DNA of 31,131 nucleotides from a virus (taxonomy: Duplodnaviria > Heunggongvirae > Uroviricota > Caudoviricetes). The position numbers and the translations under genes are program-made. The notes below the pieces were generated by a model, which was not told the origin of the DNA, did not search any database, and saw only the letters and a list, made by a program, of their open reading frames with translations. How positions within the stretch are numbered: the first letter of the stretch is position 1; each line of letters starts with the position of its first letter. Of the stretch, positions 7,238 through 17,844 are shown piece after piece. Location: the IMG/VR virus record IMGVR_UViG_3300045988_022899, positions 1-31,131 of that record; one strand, given 5' to 3'.

Positions 7238-9040
7238 TTAACCTCTCAAGAAACACGCCACAGCGACATCAAACAGGCTGGAATCCTGTATTGCCTGCTC
7301 ACTTTCCCTGTTCGCTTCATCCAGTACTTCACGCGCACTGCGCGATTGTGGATTACCATCATCATCCAGCACGGTGATTATCATGTCAGGTGATTCAAGC
7401 AGCGAGTCTTCAGCTATGCGCAGATCAATATCTCCTGCCTTATCTGACATCATTTTTTGTTCTGCCTGTTGCAATATTTTATCAGGCTCAAAAGGAGCTG
7501 CTTCGTCTGGCGTCCTGACCTCTGCTGTTTTATAGAATGAAACAGCCTGAGCATTAAGTTCACTTTCTGCCTGCTGTCTCCGAGCCAGTTCTGCTCGAGC
7601 TTCAAAAAGCTGACCGCCAGGCTCGTGCGGTGCCAACGCGTTACGGGAAAATTCCAGGCGTTCTTGTGCCTGCCGGATTCGTTGATCAATATCGCGAAGT
7701 CTGGCCTGTTTATCTGATCGAGCACGAGACAAAGCTTTACCGCTACCGGTTGGCTCTTCTGCAAGAATTTGTGCACGCTGTTCAGTGAGATTTTCAATAA
7801 TTCGTTGGCTATTAGCGATTTCAGACTGGTAAACCTGTCTATCTCCACGCGGCAAAAGCTGCGCGGCCTGTTCTTCAAGCAACCGATTTTCTATAGCGCG
7901 CGCCGTTACTCCATCATCTACAGATGACAGAGCCTCATTAACTGCCTGAGACAGCAGACTCTTGCGCCCAGGAATTTCACTGAAAGATGCAGACTCAACA
8001 ATGCTGGCAACGTCTACAGGTCTCCCCTGGCTAACATCAGACATAGCTTTTCGCAGAGCCTGAATGTGAGAATTGCGCGAAAGCACGTTGATCGGCACGC
8101 CGGGCGCAATATCAATTTCAGCATGATGAGCGGCATTCGCCGCCAGTGCAGCATCGATATCAACTGGTGAAAAATTTGGTGCGTTTGTAGACTCGCCGCG
8201 AGAGTTAATAAATCTGCCGACACCACCAAACGCCACCCCAAGAACAGCATCAATAGCAATTGCCTGTCGATCCAACACATCATACTGGTTAGCCATTTCG
8301 CTATAGCCACCATCACGAAGCGTTTTTGCAGTAAGCCCACGCTGTGCCATACCGAACGCAATATTTGTACCTGCGGCATAGGCAATATCTGGCGTTGCAC
8401 GTACTGCTGTTGCTGCGGCGCGTCGCACTGAACTTTCACCCGTCCGCGCAAGCTGAGCCGCCACACCTTCCGCCAGCGCACCACCAGCACGTAACCCGAG
8501 GCTCATAGGGATCAGTGTTCCGGCACCAGCAGTAATACCCTGCACTAATCCCGCTTCCTGCGCCGCCCTGAAATCAACCCCCTGTGCTGTCAGCCGTTCA
8601 AACTCAGAAAAACCCTGTAGCGAAGTTACCGCCGCTGCACCTCCGACCGGACCACCGAGCGTTGTACCGACAACAGCCTGCCCGCCCATATCGAACAACC
8701 CATAAAGAACCTGCCCGGCGGTTCCGGTTGTCGCGGCATCAGGCGTCAGCCGCTTAACCTGCTGCTCTGCTAGTTTTCTCTGCTCGGCAATGTATGAAAC
8801 TGAAGTGTCATTGAGCGAGGTGTTTTCGTTAACAAACTGAGCAATCGGGGATACGATTTTATCCATCCCTGCCCAGAGCAACTGATCTGGCTTTGCCACC
8901 AGCCCGGAGTACAAACCAGACAATGCCGCTCCTACAGCATTGTCGAAAAAACCAACATCGCTGTTAAAGCCAGCTGGATTTGATGCTGCTTCGTCAAGCT
9001 GCTGATTCTGGTTTACTGGATTAAGGCCAAAGTAACTCAT
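7238..9040 (-). CDS. Internal virion protein, 600 aa (Gly/Ala-rich N-terminal half, coiled-coil C-terminal half)
   Basis: Its start overlaps the upstream stop (ATGA-type coupling); position within the ejection-protein block. Confidence 0.5.
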   Translation of the reverse strand: MSYFGLNPVNQNQQLDEAASNPAGFNSDVGFFDNAVGAALSGLYSGLVAKPDQLLWAGMDKIVSPIAQFVNENTSLNDTSVSYIAEQRKLAEQQVKRLTPDAATTGTAGQVLYGLFDMGGQAVVGTTLGGPVGGAAAVTSLQGFSEFERLTAQGVDFRAAQEAGLVQGITAGAGTLIPMSLGLRAGGALAEGVAAQLARTGESSVRRAAATAVRATPDIAYAAGTNIAFGMAQRGLTAKTLRDGGYSEMANQYDVLDRQAIAIDAVLGVAFGGVGRFINSRGESTNAPNFSPVDIDAALAANAAHHAEIDIAPGVPINVLSRNSHIQALRKAMSDVSQGRPVDVASIVESASFSEIPGRKSLLSQAVNEALSSVDDGVTARAIENRLLEEQAAQLLPRGDRQVYQSEIANSQRIIENLTEQRAQILAEEPTGSGKALSRARSDKQARLRDIDQRIRQAQERLEFSRNALAPHEPGGQLFEARAELARRQQAESELNAQAVSFYKTAEVRTPDEAAPFEPDKILQQAEQKMMSDKAGDIDLRIAEDSLLESPDMIITVLDDDGNPQSRSAREVLDEANRESEQAIQDSSLFDVAVACFLRG

Positions 9041-11550
9041 TGCGGAATATCTCCGGAGAATCTCTGACGCTTCTGTGTCAGATTAAGAACAACGGGAGAA
9101 CCATCATCTTTCAGCAGATAACCAGTACCAAGTTTCACCAGGTACTGACTATCGCCGTAACTTTGCAAACCATACTGACCAGGCGGTGTTTTTATCCCGG
9201 AGCCGACAACTTGTTCATTCCAAGCCTGATTAACCTGCTTATCGAATTGCTCTGCAGACATTCCCCACGGCAAAAGGACATTCCCCATTCCGTTATAGTC
9301 ATGCACGCCACCTGTGGCTACGTTAACAGCCTGTTTCCAGACATCATTGTCAATTTCGCCTGATACCACGCCTTTTTTCGCCATCACACCAGCGTAATAA
9401 TCCTTTGCGATCTCGTATGCCATTGATGCCCCCTGAGCGTCACCAGCAAATGCATCCTTCACCATGTCAGAAAACTCAAGGCGAAGATCAGCATCTTTAG
9501 GCATCGGAATACCTTTCGCATCATCAGTACCTTTACGAGCCGCCGCGCCAGCAAGAATTGTCTGCGCAGCGGTTTCAGGAGACACGGAAACATCCGGATT
9601 AAACCAGTTTTTTTCTGCCAAAATACCACCAGGCTTATCCATCAGTATCCCGGCAACGGCAGCAGATGGAGCGTTGGTACTGATCTGCTGTAGTGCTGAC
9701 ATATACACCTGCCCACCACCAGTGCTCTGCCTGATGGTATCGAGATATGCTGCCTGTTGGGAAACTGGAGCATCACGAAAGAAAACACCGATCTGATTGG
9801 CCTCGTCTTTGGAAAAGAACGTCAGTGGAGTGCCATATGACTTAGCAAGGTCACTGACCTGAGCGGCACGCAAGGCAACGCTCTGTCCAAAGTTATCCTT
9901 ATTGCTCATGTCGATAGGCTTTGCCTGTCCGGAGGCAAGAGAGAACTGCACAGGATCCGACTGCCGCTGCTTTATCACCTGATTTGCAGCCGAAACAACG
10001 TTGTCATAAAGAGCTGCGCGTGCCGCATAGCCCTCCCCTGTATCACCAGTATCCGGGCGTAATTGCTCAACATATGCTGTAATGCTGCTTGTCGGCATGT
10101 TGCGGAAAGAGCCTATATACTGTCCGGCGATCTGCGTATTCTTAAACTCGGTATATCGCAGGTTTCCTTCTCTGACTCCATAAGCTGCAATAAAATCATC
10201 CTCACCAGGTGGGTTAGGAAATTCAACGCCACGCATATATGCAGCTGTCGCATCGCGAACCTGGCTGTCAATCATCGTTTTATATTCAGCCTGCTGCTGC
10301 CGACGCAGTTGATCCGCCTGTCGCATAAAACTTGCCTGCGCCTCAGGAGATGCCGCATCGAATGCTGCATTACCGGTATAGCGTTTGGTGTTGGTTGGAA
10401 TTGTTGATAAACCAAGTGCTGCACTGACACCAGCAGTTAACTGCTGATCACTGTATGGCTGGCTACCGTTCTCATGATGGATAATGGCTGCACAAAGCGC
10501 CTTCAGGGTATCAGGATTAGATGCATCGAGAGGATCATCAGCAGAAACGCCAAGTTGTTCGCACACTGCTTTGATATACGACATAGTATCATTTTTATCA
10601 GTAGGCGGTGCCCAGCGATTAATTATCTCGCTGACGGTATCAATACCCTGCCTCTGATACGACATCAGGTTTCGCCCTAATGCACGAATCCCGTGTTCAG
10701 GTGTTTCGAATTTAGCAAATCGACCATCATCACCGGTCTGGCCTACCCACGGATTAGTTTTGCTGTATTCGAGATTTCCTGGGTTATTGTTGCGTATGCC
10801 ACGGGCACGCTCGGAAGAGTCACTATCTGCTACAGCACGGCGAGCTCCAGCAGCAGTATCACTTAACTCGCCATTACTTTGGATGAATGCGGTCGCATTG
10901 TTTGCCGACCACTGGGACAATGCGGCATCAGCAACCTTCTCTTTAAACTCGATTTTCTTGGCCTGGATTTGCTCGTCACTCCAGCCATGTGCAATGCCGT
11001 AATCCTCAATTTGCTGGAAAGTTTGCTTATTAGCCAATACATATGCGGCGTTGTCGCCATACAATGCTGCGGCATTTTTACCATTGTTCAGCAGCGTAGC
11101 CTGAAACTGGCCTTCTTCGTAGGCATTTATTTGTCCTATCTCGTGCCGCCCTGCCTGCGTAGTGAACTGAATGCGCTGCTGCTGCGCCTGCTGCATGAAA
11201 GCATTACGAGCCTGTTCATCCGGCAGCGACATAGCCAGTTGTTCGGCCTGAGCATCAAACTGCTGCGTATACTCCTGACCTTTTCCAATAGCATTTTTCC
11301 CTTTCAGGTTAAGCAAACCTGTTTCAGGGTTATTCAGCAGATCGCTGCTTATCTGACTGAGGTTAAGAGATGCCTCCTGAGCCAGAGCGATATTGGCACG
11401 CTGTTTTGCCTGACCAAAAACATCAATAGCCTCTGCCCCTGCCCGAACAAACGCATCACCAATACCTGGCTGAGAAAACGTCTGCAAGCCTGCTGACTGA
11501 ACTCCACGGCTCTCAACCTGACGTCCGGATACTGTTGGTACGACTGGCAT
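9037..11550 (-). CDS. Internal virion protein with a putative peptidoglycan-hydrolase-like motif region
   Basis: Likely start is the ATG at 11550 (MPVVPTVSG), overlapping the upstream stop as TAATG; the track ORF has a 25-codon extension. Central motif GIRNNNPGNLEY...RFAKFETPEHGIRALGRNL; enzymatic assignment is tentative. Confidence 0.5.
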   Translation of the reverse strand: MPVVPTVSGRQVESRGVQSAGLQTFSQPGIGDAFVRAGAEAIDVFGQAKQRANIALAQEASLNLSQISSDLLNNPETGLLNLKGKNAIGKGQEYTQQFDAQAEQLAMSLPDEQARNAFMQQAQQQRIQFTTQAGRHEIGQINAYEEGQFQATLLNNGKNAAALYGDNAAYVLANKQTFQQIEDYGIAHGWSDEQIQAKKIEFKEKVADAALSQWSANNATAFIQSNGELSDTAAGARRAVADSDSSERARGIRNNNPGNLEYSKTNPWVGQTGDDGRFAKFETPEHGIRALGRNLMSYQRQGIDTVSEIINRWAPPTDKNDTMSYIKAVCEQLGVSADDPLDASNPDTLKALCAAIIHHENGSQPYSDQQLTAGVSAALGLSTIPTNTKRYTGNAAFDAASPEAQASFMRQADQLRRQQQAEYKTMIDSQVRDATAAYMRGVEFPNPPGEDDFIAAYGVREGNLRYTEFKNTQIAGQYIGSFRNMPTSSITAYVEQLRPDTGDTGEGYAARAALYDNVVSAANQVIKQRQSDPVQFSLASGQAKPIDMSNKDNFGQSVALRAAQVSDLAKSYGTPLTFFSKDEANQIGVFFRDAPVSQQAAYLDTIRQSTGGGQVYMSALQQISTNAPSAAVAGILMDKPGGILAEKNWFNPDVSVSPETAAQTILAGAAARKGTDDAKGIPMPKDADLRLEFSDMVKDAFAGDAQGASMAYEIAKDYYAGVMAKKGVVSGEIDNDVWKQAVNVATGGVHDYNGMGNVLLPWGMSAEQFDKQVNQAWNEQVVGSGIKTPPGQYGLQSYGDSQYLVKLGTGYLLKDDGSPVVLNLTQKRQRFSGDIPQ

Positions 11551-12095
11551 TATAATCCTCCGGGTAATCTGGTTCCTGCTGCTGCCCCGATTGGCGCAGG
11601 AGTGCTTTGAGTAAACGGACTCCACGTCCCACCAAACATCTGGTACGCACCGTATGCCTTCAGAGGCGCAGTGAGCAATGTTGTTGCTGCTCCCACATTC
11701 CCCTGTTTACGGGCTGAACTGGCTTCTGCTTTATAGTTGGCAGCCTGAACCTGATAACCGTAAGCCTCGCGTTGCGCGTTATTCACCGTCGTTAGCGAAT
11801 CAAGAGCGCCAAACTGAGCAGTGTCACCAAATATATCCAGCGCGTTACCTGTAGATAAATCAGCGCCGGTAGCCCCCATTGTCGCCGCCTGTGTACCAAG
11901 CCGCTGTCGGGTCTCTCTGCGCCGTTGCTCAGCTTCAGCGTTACCTCTGTTTATTGCATCATTTGCCTGAGCTGTGGCTATATCTGCGTTCGCTTCTGCA
12001 ACCTTCGAGGCATACTTTCCCTGTTGGTACTGGGTGTATGCCTGAATGCCACTCATGGCGAGCATTGCGCCACCAGCAATAACCGGATCGCACAT
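11550..12095 (-). CDS. T7 gp14-like internal virion protein B
   Basis: N-terminus MCDPVIAGGAMLAMSGIQAY and C-terminal ...PAPIGAAAGTRLPGG resemble T7 gp14 (MCWAAAIPIAISGAQAI... / ...KAPIVAAKGTKTG) as recalled. Confidence 0.55.
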   Translation of the reverse strand: MCDPVIAGGAMLAMSGIQAYTQYQQGKYASKVAEANADIATAQANDAINRGNAEAEQRRRETRQRLGTQAATMGATGADLSTGNALDIFGDTAQFGALDSLTTVNNAQREAYGYQVQAANYKAEASSARKQGNVGAATTLLTAPLKAYGAYQMFGGTWSPFTQSTPAPIGAAAGTRLPGGL

Positions 12096-12559
12096 TATTT
12101 TCTCTCCATGTGAAATCTGTGGAAATTAAGACCAAGAGCACCATAAGGCGCGGCTTCTTCAAGCCTGAATCCAAGCCAGTGCAGCCATGCTTTGGCAACA
12201 TGGTTTCGCTCGTCGACGTAGTTTTCCAGGCGCGGATAAACTGCCAGCATCTGCTGCAATACAGGGCGGCAGTGGCGCAGAAATGTCTTCTGATATTTTT
12301 CAATACGGCTGGTTCCTACCAGCCAGGGCGTACCATTGCCACCGATCATTGACGCCGGAGATACACCAAACATGGTTACCAGTTCTCCGTTCGCGAACCC
12401 TGACCAGGCCATAGTCGCAGTGCGAAGACCAACGCGCAGCGCATCTTCGGTAGTCATCAGCGATACCGCATACAGTTCGTCAATATCAGCCTGACGAACA
12501 TCCGGCAAAATCATCTGAAGATGCTCTTCGGTAGCGGGAATAATTTGAACATCGATCAT
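12095..12559 (-). CDS. Virion-associated protein (gp13 position), function unknown
   Basis: Translationally coupled (TGATG upstream, TAATG downstream) within the structural operon. Confidence 0.45.
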   Translation of the reverse strand: MIDVQIIPATEEHLQMILPDVRQADIDELYAVSLMTTEDALRVGLRTATMAWSGFANGELVTMFGVSPASMIGGNGTPWLVGTSRIEKYQKTFLRHCRPVLQQMLAVYPRLENYVDERNHVAKAWLHWLGFRLEEAAPYGALGLNFHRFHMERK

Positions 12560-15030
12560 CAGAATCCCCCAACAGTAAGGCGAGGAATAACGGCAAGAAC
12601 AGACAGCGGCAACGGGTCAAGCTGACGGATTTTTACACGCCCGTTTTTGCCCCAGTTACTGTCCAGTTTCACTTCTACTTTTCCGGTAGCATCATCAACA
12701 GGATCATCGTAGAACTCGAATTCACGCTGTGGATATTCGTACCATTTACCGCCGGGCGTAGTCGCCCAGATGCCGCGACTGGCATTCACAACCAGAGTAA
12801 CGGAGGGGATCACCTGTTTTTTGTCCAGCAGCGTTTCCTGTCCGTTAATGTTGATATCCAGTGTTTCGAATTCAGCAGTTATTGGCAGGCCGATGTGCAC
12901 TACAGCCCCCGGAGATTCCAGCGTGACGGCACCTCCGGAAACCACTTTCTGTGGTTCCACGTTCGCATCAGAGAGAATGTTTACGGTCTGGCCTTCAAGA
13001 TGAGACAGGCCTCCAAATGTCCGGCGCGCCATCTGCCAGTTCGTGGTGGCCACATTCCTGAGGGATGGCGGGACGTTCCTGTTAGCACGAACCACTACAG
13101 CGGTATTGCTGGTTACAGAAATAATGTCGCAACGTAATTCTTTTGACACTTCATCGCCAGTATCAGGATCAGTTCCGGTATAAGGGAACTGTAGTTGCGC
13201 ACCGACATCACTACTGGTGAAGTACGCACCACCAGAAACACTGATTGTATATTCCGCGCGGTAATCCCATTCGCCAGAACCACCAGTGATTGTCATCGTT
13301 CTGTCAGACGTATTTCTTCCATCATAGCTAAGGCCAGAATCAACAAAGAAAGCGTCTTCATCGCTGGTAAATAAACGGCTGGACAGCCGTTCGATGTATC
13401 TCACTGTTTGCCCGTTAACGGTTCGGTTAACGACGAAATACACCGCATCTTCATTGCCTTCGCTGATACTGCATGTGCTTTCATATTTTCCGGTACTGGA
13501 TTGTGGTGCCCATGCAAAAACCTGCTGATCACGCAAATAGGTCATCACCAGTAATTTACCGTCATCACGAATGCAGAAGGCACTGGAGTAAGGGACAATC
13601 GAGAAGCACCAGTCAACAATGCTGTGCTTCTGAAAAAGATGATTGGCAAGGATAGTAAGGTCGTTCCCCTGATAGCCGTCAACATCGAATGAATAGGCCA
13701 GATCACGGACAACACTGCCTTTCTCCTGGACGAACAGAGCAATATTCGCCACAGCAATTGGTGGGACGTTGCTTGAGCCATTTGATCCCTGAGAGCTGAA
13801 TGCAAATGATGATGGGGTTAACACTTTGTTCTGGTCGCCGGTGATGACGTACTCACCTCCGGAAGTCAGCGCCACCAGCGAACCAACATCAATCAGGTGG
13901 CGGATCTCATTAACCTGACGCCCGGCATAGGTGTAGATAATTCTGTCGTCATCCTGCGTAGGATTGCTTTTGCCAAAATCCTTATAATCCCCGGTACGGC
14001 TGGCCCAGATAGTCTGAGGGAACGCAGTCGATGCGGCGAAGTAAAGACGTTGTTGATAATAAACAACAGTGCCAGGATAACCATTAACACTGTTCCAGGC
14101 ATATTTAGCCCATTTATAGCTGGCATTATCCTCGCCAACGACCTGCGAAGGGATATAGGAAATCACCTCGGCAGTTGCAGTAGTGCCGTTTACAGCAGTG
14201 ATACGGGCAATGCCAAACCCACTGTGCAGATACTCCCACTCAATGCCAGTATCATCATCACCGGATCCGCCCCAGCCATCCCATGATGTGCCTTCTGTAT
14301 GCGAAGGGCGCAAAGTGCCTGTTTTGCCTGCTGTAACGGCGCGATAGTAGTTACTGTCTGCACGGCGAATATCGCCAATCGACGTACTCTTACTGGTTTC
14401 CCATACCGGCACTGAATCCACTGCAGGCTGTTCCAGATAGAACAATTTGCCTACCTGCTCCGCGCCAAAAATAGAGGCGCTTGCCGTTAACGTAATTGTC
14501 CCGGTGCTGGCGCTGGCATAAACCGTCACTGACTCGTCAATATTGATATCTTCAAATGGCCCGTTCTTCGTTACCACATCAACCAGTTGCCAGTTGTCAT
14601 GAGCATATCGGCGCAACTCTTTCGGCGGGTATGCCGGGTGAACCAGCGTAAGCACGTCGGCGCTTTGCGTGAATTTAATTCGGAACAGATCGGCTTCAGT
14701 ATATGGCGTGGCAATTTCATAAATAACATTGCTGCTGTTCAGCACCAACGCACCATCTTTGATAACGCGCATGTACAGGTGTCCGAACTCCAGAGCATAG
14801 GTCTGAACCGTCGAGAACTGGAACGGGATCAGGCGACATTTCCGATTTGGGTATTTTGCGGCACCGACAAAACGCGTACCAGGTCGATTCTCAACACCCC
14901 CATACTGCCGCACGATAAAGTTATCGCACTTGCGCAATGCCACCTGGTACTTCGCCATGTCGATACGACCGTACAACGACGGTCCAATCTCACCACCGGC
15001 AAAGCTGGGCTGGATCCAACTGATAGCCAT
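12559..15030 (-). CDS. Tail tubular protein B-like (T7 gp12-like nozzle), 823 aa
   Basis: Size, position and N-terminal pattern SFAGGEIGPSLYGR...NRPGTRF resembling the gp12 N-terminus (KGGISQQP...KRPPLVF). Confidence 0.5.
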   Translation of the reverse strand: MAISWIQPSFAGGEIGPSLYGRIDMAKYQVALRKCDNFIVRQYGGVENRPGTRFVGAAKYPNRKCRLIPFQFSTVQTYALEFGHLYMRVIKDGALVLNSSNVIYEIATPYTEADLFRIKFTQSADVLTLVHPAYPPKELRRYAHDNWQLVDVVTKNGPFEDINIDESVTVYASASTGTITLTASASIFGAEQVGKLFYLEQPAVDSVPVWETSKSTSIGDIRRADSNYYRAVTAGKTGTLRPSHTEGTSWDGWGGSGDDDTGIEWEYLHSGFGIARITAVNGTTATAEVISYIPSQVVGEDNASYKWAKYAWNSVNGYPGTVVYYQQRLYFAASTAFPQTIWASRTGDYKDFGKSNPTQDDDRIIYTYAGRQVNEIRHLIDVGSLVALTSGGEYVITGDQNKVLTPSSFAFSSQGSNGSSNVPPIAVANIALFVQEKGSVVRDLAYSFDVDGYQGNDLTILANHLFQKHSIVDWCFSIVPYSSAFCIRDDGKLLVMTYLRDQQVFAWAPQSSTGKYESTCSISEGNEDAVYFVVNRTVNGQTVRYIERLSSRLFTSDEDAFFVDSGLSYDGRNTSDRTMTITGGSGEWDYRAEYTISVSGGAYFTSSDVGAQLQFPYTGTDPDTGDEVSKELRCDIISVTSNTAVVVRANRNVPPSLRNVATTNWQMARRTFGGLSHLEGQTVNILSDANVEPQKVVSGGAVTLESPGAVVHIGLPITAEFETLDININGQETLLDKKQVIPSVTLVVNASRGIWATTPGGKWYEYPQREFEFYDDPVDDATGKVEVKLDSNWGKNGRVKIRQLDPLPLSVLAVIPRLTVGGF

Positions 15031-15635
15031 CAGGACAACCTCGCAATGGTAAACTCGTCAACCGGTGGCTGTGGTTCCTGTGATTCATTCTGGCTATGCG
15101 AGCCAGCACTAAGAATCACGCGATTGTACATATTGAGGGCAAACGTACCGAGGTCTGCATTCCCAGTCAGCGCCATGTTAATAGCTGCCGCAAGACGCCA
15201 GGCCAACGCCTCCATAAAAATGGCATCAAACATGTTCACATCTGAAACGCGAGAGACATACTTGAGCCATGCCTGCGGCTGGTCTGTGTAGATCAACTTT
15301 CCTGTTCCGTTGGTGTCTGCACCAACTTCGTACTGAACGCGCATTGCTGCTGTTGGATTGCGTACACCAGGAAGCATAATTTCAGTAATGCGCAGACAAT
15401 CGGACGGGTACTGATACGCATATTCCCAGTCAGGCGGTGGATTGCTCGTATTTGCAAGCGCCACGCGTTTGGTAGCAAAGTTCCAGTCAAAATCAGAAAG
15501 CACAGCATCACGGCAGGCCTCAAAGTGCAGCGAACATTCCCCCGCTTCCTTGCTGGCTTCCGTCAGGCTGTTAATGCTGCGGCTGTTGCCAATATTGGAC
15601 AGCGCACGATTGCAGATCTCTACTACAGAGGCCAT
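15030..15635 (-). CDS. Tail tubular protein A-like (gp11 position), 201 aa
   Basis: Immediately upstream of, and coupled to, the gp12-like gene; called by position and size only. Confidence 0.35.
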   Translation of the reverse strand: MASVVEICNRALSNIGNSRSINSLTEASKEAGECSLHFEACRDAVLSDFDWNFATKRVALANTSNPPPDWEYAYQYPSDCLRITEIMLPGVRNPTAAMRVQYEVGADTNGTGKLIYTDQPQAWLKYVSRVSDVNMFDAIFMEALAWRLAAAINMALTGNADLGTFALNMYNRVILSAGSHSQNESQEPQPPVDEFTIARLS

Positions 15636-15958
15636 TACTCACCCCCATTGCCGTACAGGGTTTCAGCCGCTGATTTTTCTACATCCCCGGAAACAGGAGC
15701 GATCGCCATATCAGTGATCTGCAGATCGGCGCTGCGATTAACACCATCGTCAGTTTCTCTGGCAGACAGGCCTCGAATAACAGCCTTTGCAGTTATCATC
15801 ACTTCTGTTCCGACGCCCTGAGGTTGCGCCTTCAGCTTATTCAATGTGTCGTTATTAAGAGTGATGCACAGCCCCCACGGGTATTCATCGCGAGTTCTGG
15901 TTTCTCCGCTCTCATCCTGGTAGCTGTCAGTGCCGGTTTTGAGGTTTACGAGTTCCAT
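15635..15958 (-). CDS. Small virion/assembly protein, unknown function
   Basis: ATG at 15958 with GGAG RBS (the track ORF starts at an upstream GTG); stop overlaps the next start as TAATG. Confidence 0.45.
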   Translation of the reverse strand: MELVNLKTGTDSYQDESGETRTRDEYPWGLCITLNNDTLNKLKAQPQGVGTEVMITAKAVIRGLSARETDDGVNRSADLQITDMAIAPVSGDVEKSAAETLYGNGGE

Positions 15959-16008
15959 ATACACTCCTGCAATAAAGGGGCCGAAGCCCCTTGTCTGATC
16001 CGCGAGGC

Positions 16009-16344
16009 TTACACGCCCAGTTCTTTACGCTTATCTGCGATCTTCTCGCGGAGCGTTTCAGCTTTGGCGTTATGGTGTGGCTTCTCGTTAAAGAGCAATT
16101 CGTACTCTTCACGGAGCTTATCCAGTTCACCATCATCTGACACATCGTTGATGATTTTGGTGCTGGTTGCTGCCATTGACACCTTTCCTGCAACTTTTGC
16201 TTTTGCCTGTCTGGCTGCATCGTTAACAGGTTCCAGTGCGCTACCAGGCTCACCTTCGTATTCGATTTCTGCCCCCTCCGGCCACAGTGTGTTATGGATA
16301 TGAGAGAGGCGCAGAACGCGGTATCTTGGTTTCTCACCTGACAT
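16009..16344 (-). CDS. Small structural-module protein, unknown function
   Basis: ATG at 16344 with AAGGTG RBS (the track ORF starts at GTG 16353). Confidence 0.4.
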   Translation of the reverse strand: MSGEKPRYRVLRLSHIHNTLWPEGAEIEYEGEPGSALEPVNDAARQAKAKVAGKVSMAATSTKIINDVSDDGELDKLREEYELLFNEKPHHNAKAETLREKIADKRKELGV

Positions 16345-16354
16345 CGATATCACC

Positions 16355-16792
16355 TTAACCAGTTACTTTTGAGCGGATCGGATACGGCGTATTGGCATCA
16401 ACATCAAGACTGATACCAGCAGTGAATTCGCCAGCCGTTAGCGGGCCAGTTGCGACGGAGTAGTTAACACGCAGATATCGCTGAACACCGGCAGGCACCT
16501 TTGCAGAAACAACTCGTTTACCTGCTGTCAGGGCGGTCTTTGCCAGTGCACCACTATCATAAATAGTGGTCCATGAGCTGTTATCCTCACTCGTCTGCAA
16601 CTGGATGTTTACAGTTGCATCACCGCTTGCTGCGGCGGCTGTGTTAACCAGCGCCCAAAACTCAAGCGGGTAACCCACGCCGATATCACGACGTTTTCCG
16701 TCAATTGGACCGAGATCGATTACGTCAGTAGAAGCCGCGGTATTCGTAACCGCCTGAGCTTCGGAGAACATCAACAGTTTGTCGGTGATCAT
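16355..16792 (-). CDS. Possible capsid decoration / minor head protein, 145 aa
   Basis: GGAG RBS; directly downstream of the major capsid gene; Ala/Thr/Gly-rich beta-type composition. Confidence 0.4.
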   Translation of the reverse strand: MITDKLLMFSEAQAVTNTAASTDVIDLGPIDGKRRDIGVGYPLEFWALVNTAAAASGDATVNIQLQTSEDNSSWTTIYDSGALAKTALTAGKRVVSAKVPAGVQRYLRVNYSVATGPLTAGEFTAGISLDVDANTPYPIRSKVTG

Positions 16793-16843
16793 CTTCTTTC
16801 TCCATTAGTGGGTCTGTTACGACCCACAGGTTAATAACAGGCG

Positions 16844-17836
16844 TTACACCACGCGGGCTTCTGTTTCCAGAAGCGCATCAGTTTCACGGATTGGTACACC
16901 ACGGAATGAAGTCCACCACTCGCCTTCTGTCTCTTTTACGCTGATCGCCAGAGATGTTTTCTCCAGAGATTGCAGATCAAGAGCCTGGCCTACAGTGCGG
17001 TTCATGTAGAACACCGGGCGACCCATTCCACGGTTTGGAATGCGATGCAGTGCTTTAACCATCAACTTCGCAATATTTGCGGCAGAGGAAGGTTCTGAAA
17101 GATTGCTGACATCGATGTTTGCAATGCGAACAACATAACGCCAGTCACGCAGAGCAAGTCCGTTGTCCCATTTGTAATGGGTGCGATAGCCTTCGTACTT
17201 GCCGCCATTAGCATCTTCCAGTGTCACCTGGCCTTTATCTTCCATCTGGATGCCAGCCTTCTGCCCTTTCGGGAAGATGCCATGCACGGTGTTTTCGCCC
17301 CACACCACTAACCAGATTGAGGTGTTATCTGTACCCGTGCCACCAGCATCAATGATGTTCTGAGCATTACCCGCAGACAGGCTGGAATAGCGGGAGGACA
17401 GTCCCATAAACTGCTGAGGGTTAACGCTGGAATCACCATAAAACAGCGTCTGCGCCATCTGCTGATTCATCGCTTCAATAAATGCGCGGTCTTCAGACAG
17501 GCGGAATTCAGCGGTATTGCCGTTCAGATCAGCCAGTGACTTATCGACTTCAGCATAGGTTTCCAGCATGCCAACGGAATCGGTTACCTGCACTGTGGTT
17601 GATTTGCTTGGCTGTACGCCATAGTTCAGCAAACGCCAGGTAGCTGAAGGTAAACCAGAACGAATGGTGGTTCGGTGTCCGGTAGGAAGGTTCCCTTCGA
17701 CAAAAGGCATATCCTGAAGGATCGGGTTAGTTTGACCGAGAAGCTCGATAATCTTATCGACTTTCCCGTTTGGATCGACGCGCTTACCCCAGTCAGCCAG
17801 CGTTAGCGCAGTTAAGCCTTTAACAGCCATTGTCAT
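16844..17836 (-). CDS. Major capsid protein, 330 aa
   Basis: Follows the scaffold gene; size and composition typical of a major head protein; start may be the second ATG at 17830. Confidence 0.7.
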   Translation of the reverse strand: MTMAVKGLTALTLADWGKRVDPNGKVDKIIELLGQTNPILQDMPFVEGNLPTGHRTTIRSGLPSATWRLLNYGVQPSKSTTVQVTDSVGMLETYAEVDKSLADLNGNTAEFRLSEDRAFIEAMNQQMAQTLFYGDSSVNPQQFMGLSSRYSSLSAGNAQNIIDAGGTGTDNTSIWLVVWGENTVHGIFPKGQKAGIQMEDKGQVTLEDANGGKYEGYRTHYKWDNGLALRDWRYVVRIANIDVSNLSEPSSAANIAKLMVKALHRIPNRGMGRPVFYMNRTVGQALDLQSLEKTSLAISVKETEGEWWTSFRGVPIRETDALLETEARVV

Positions 17837-17844
17837 TTCCTCTC

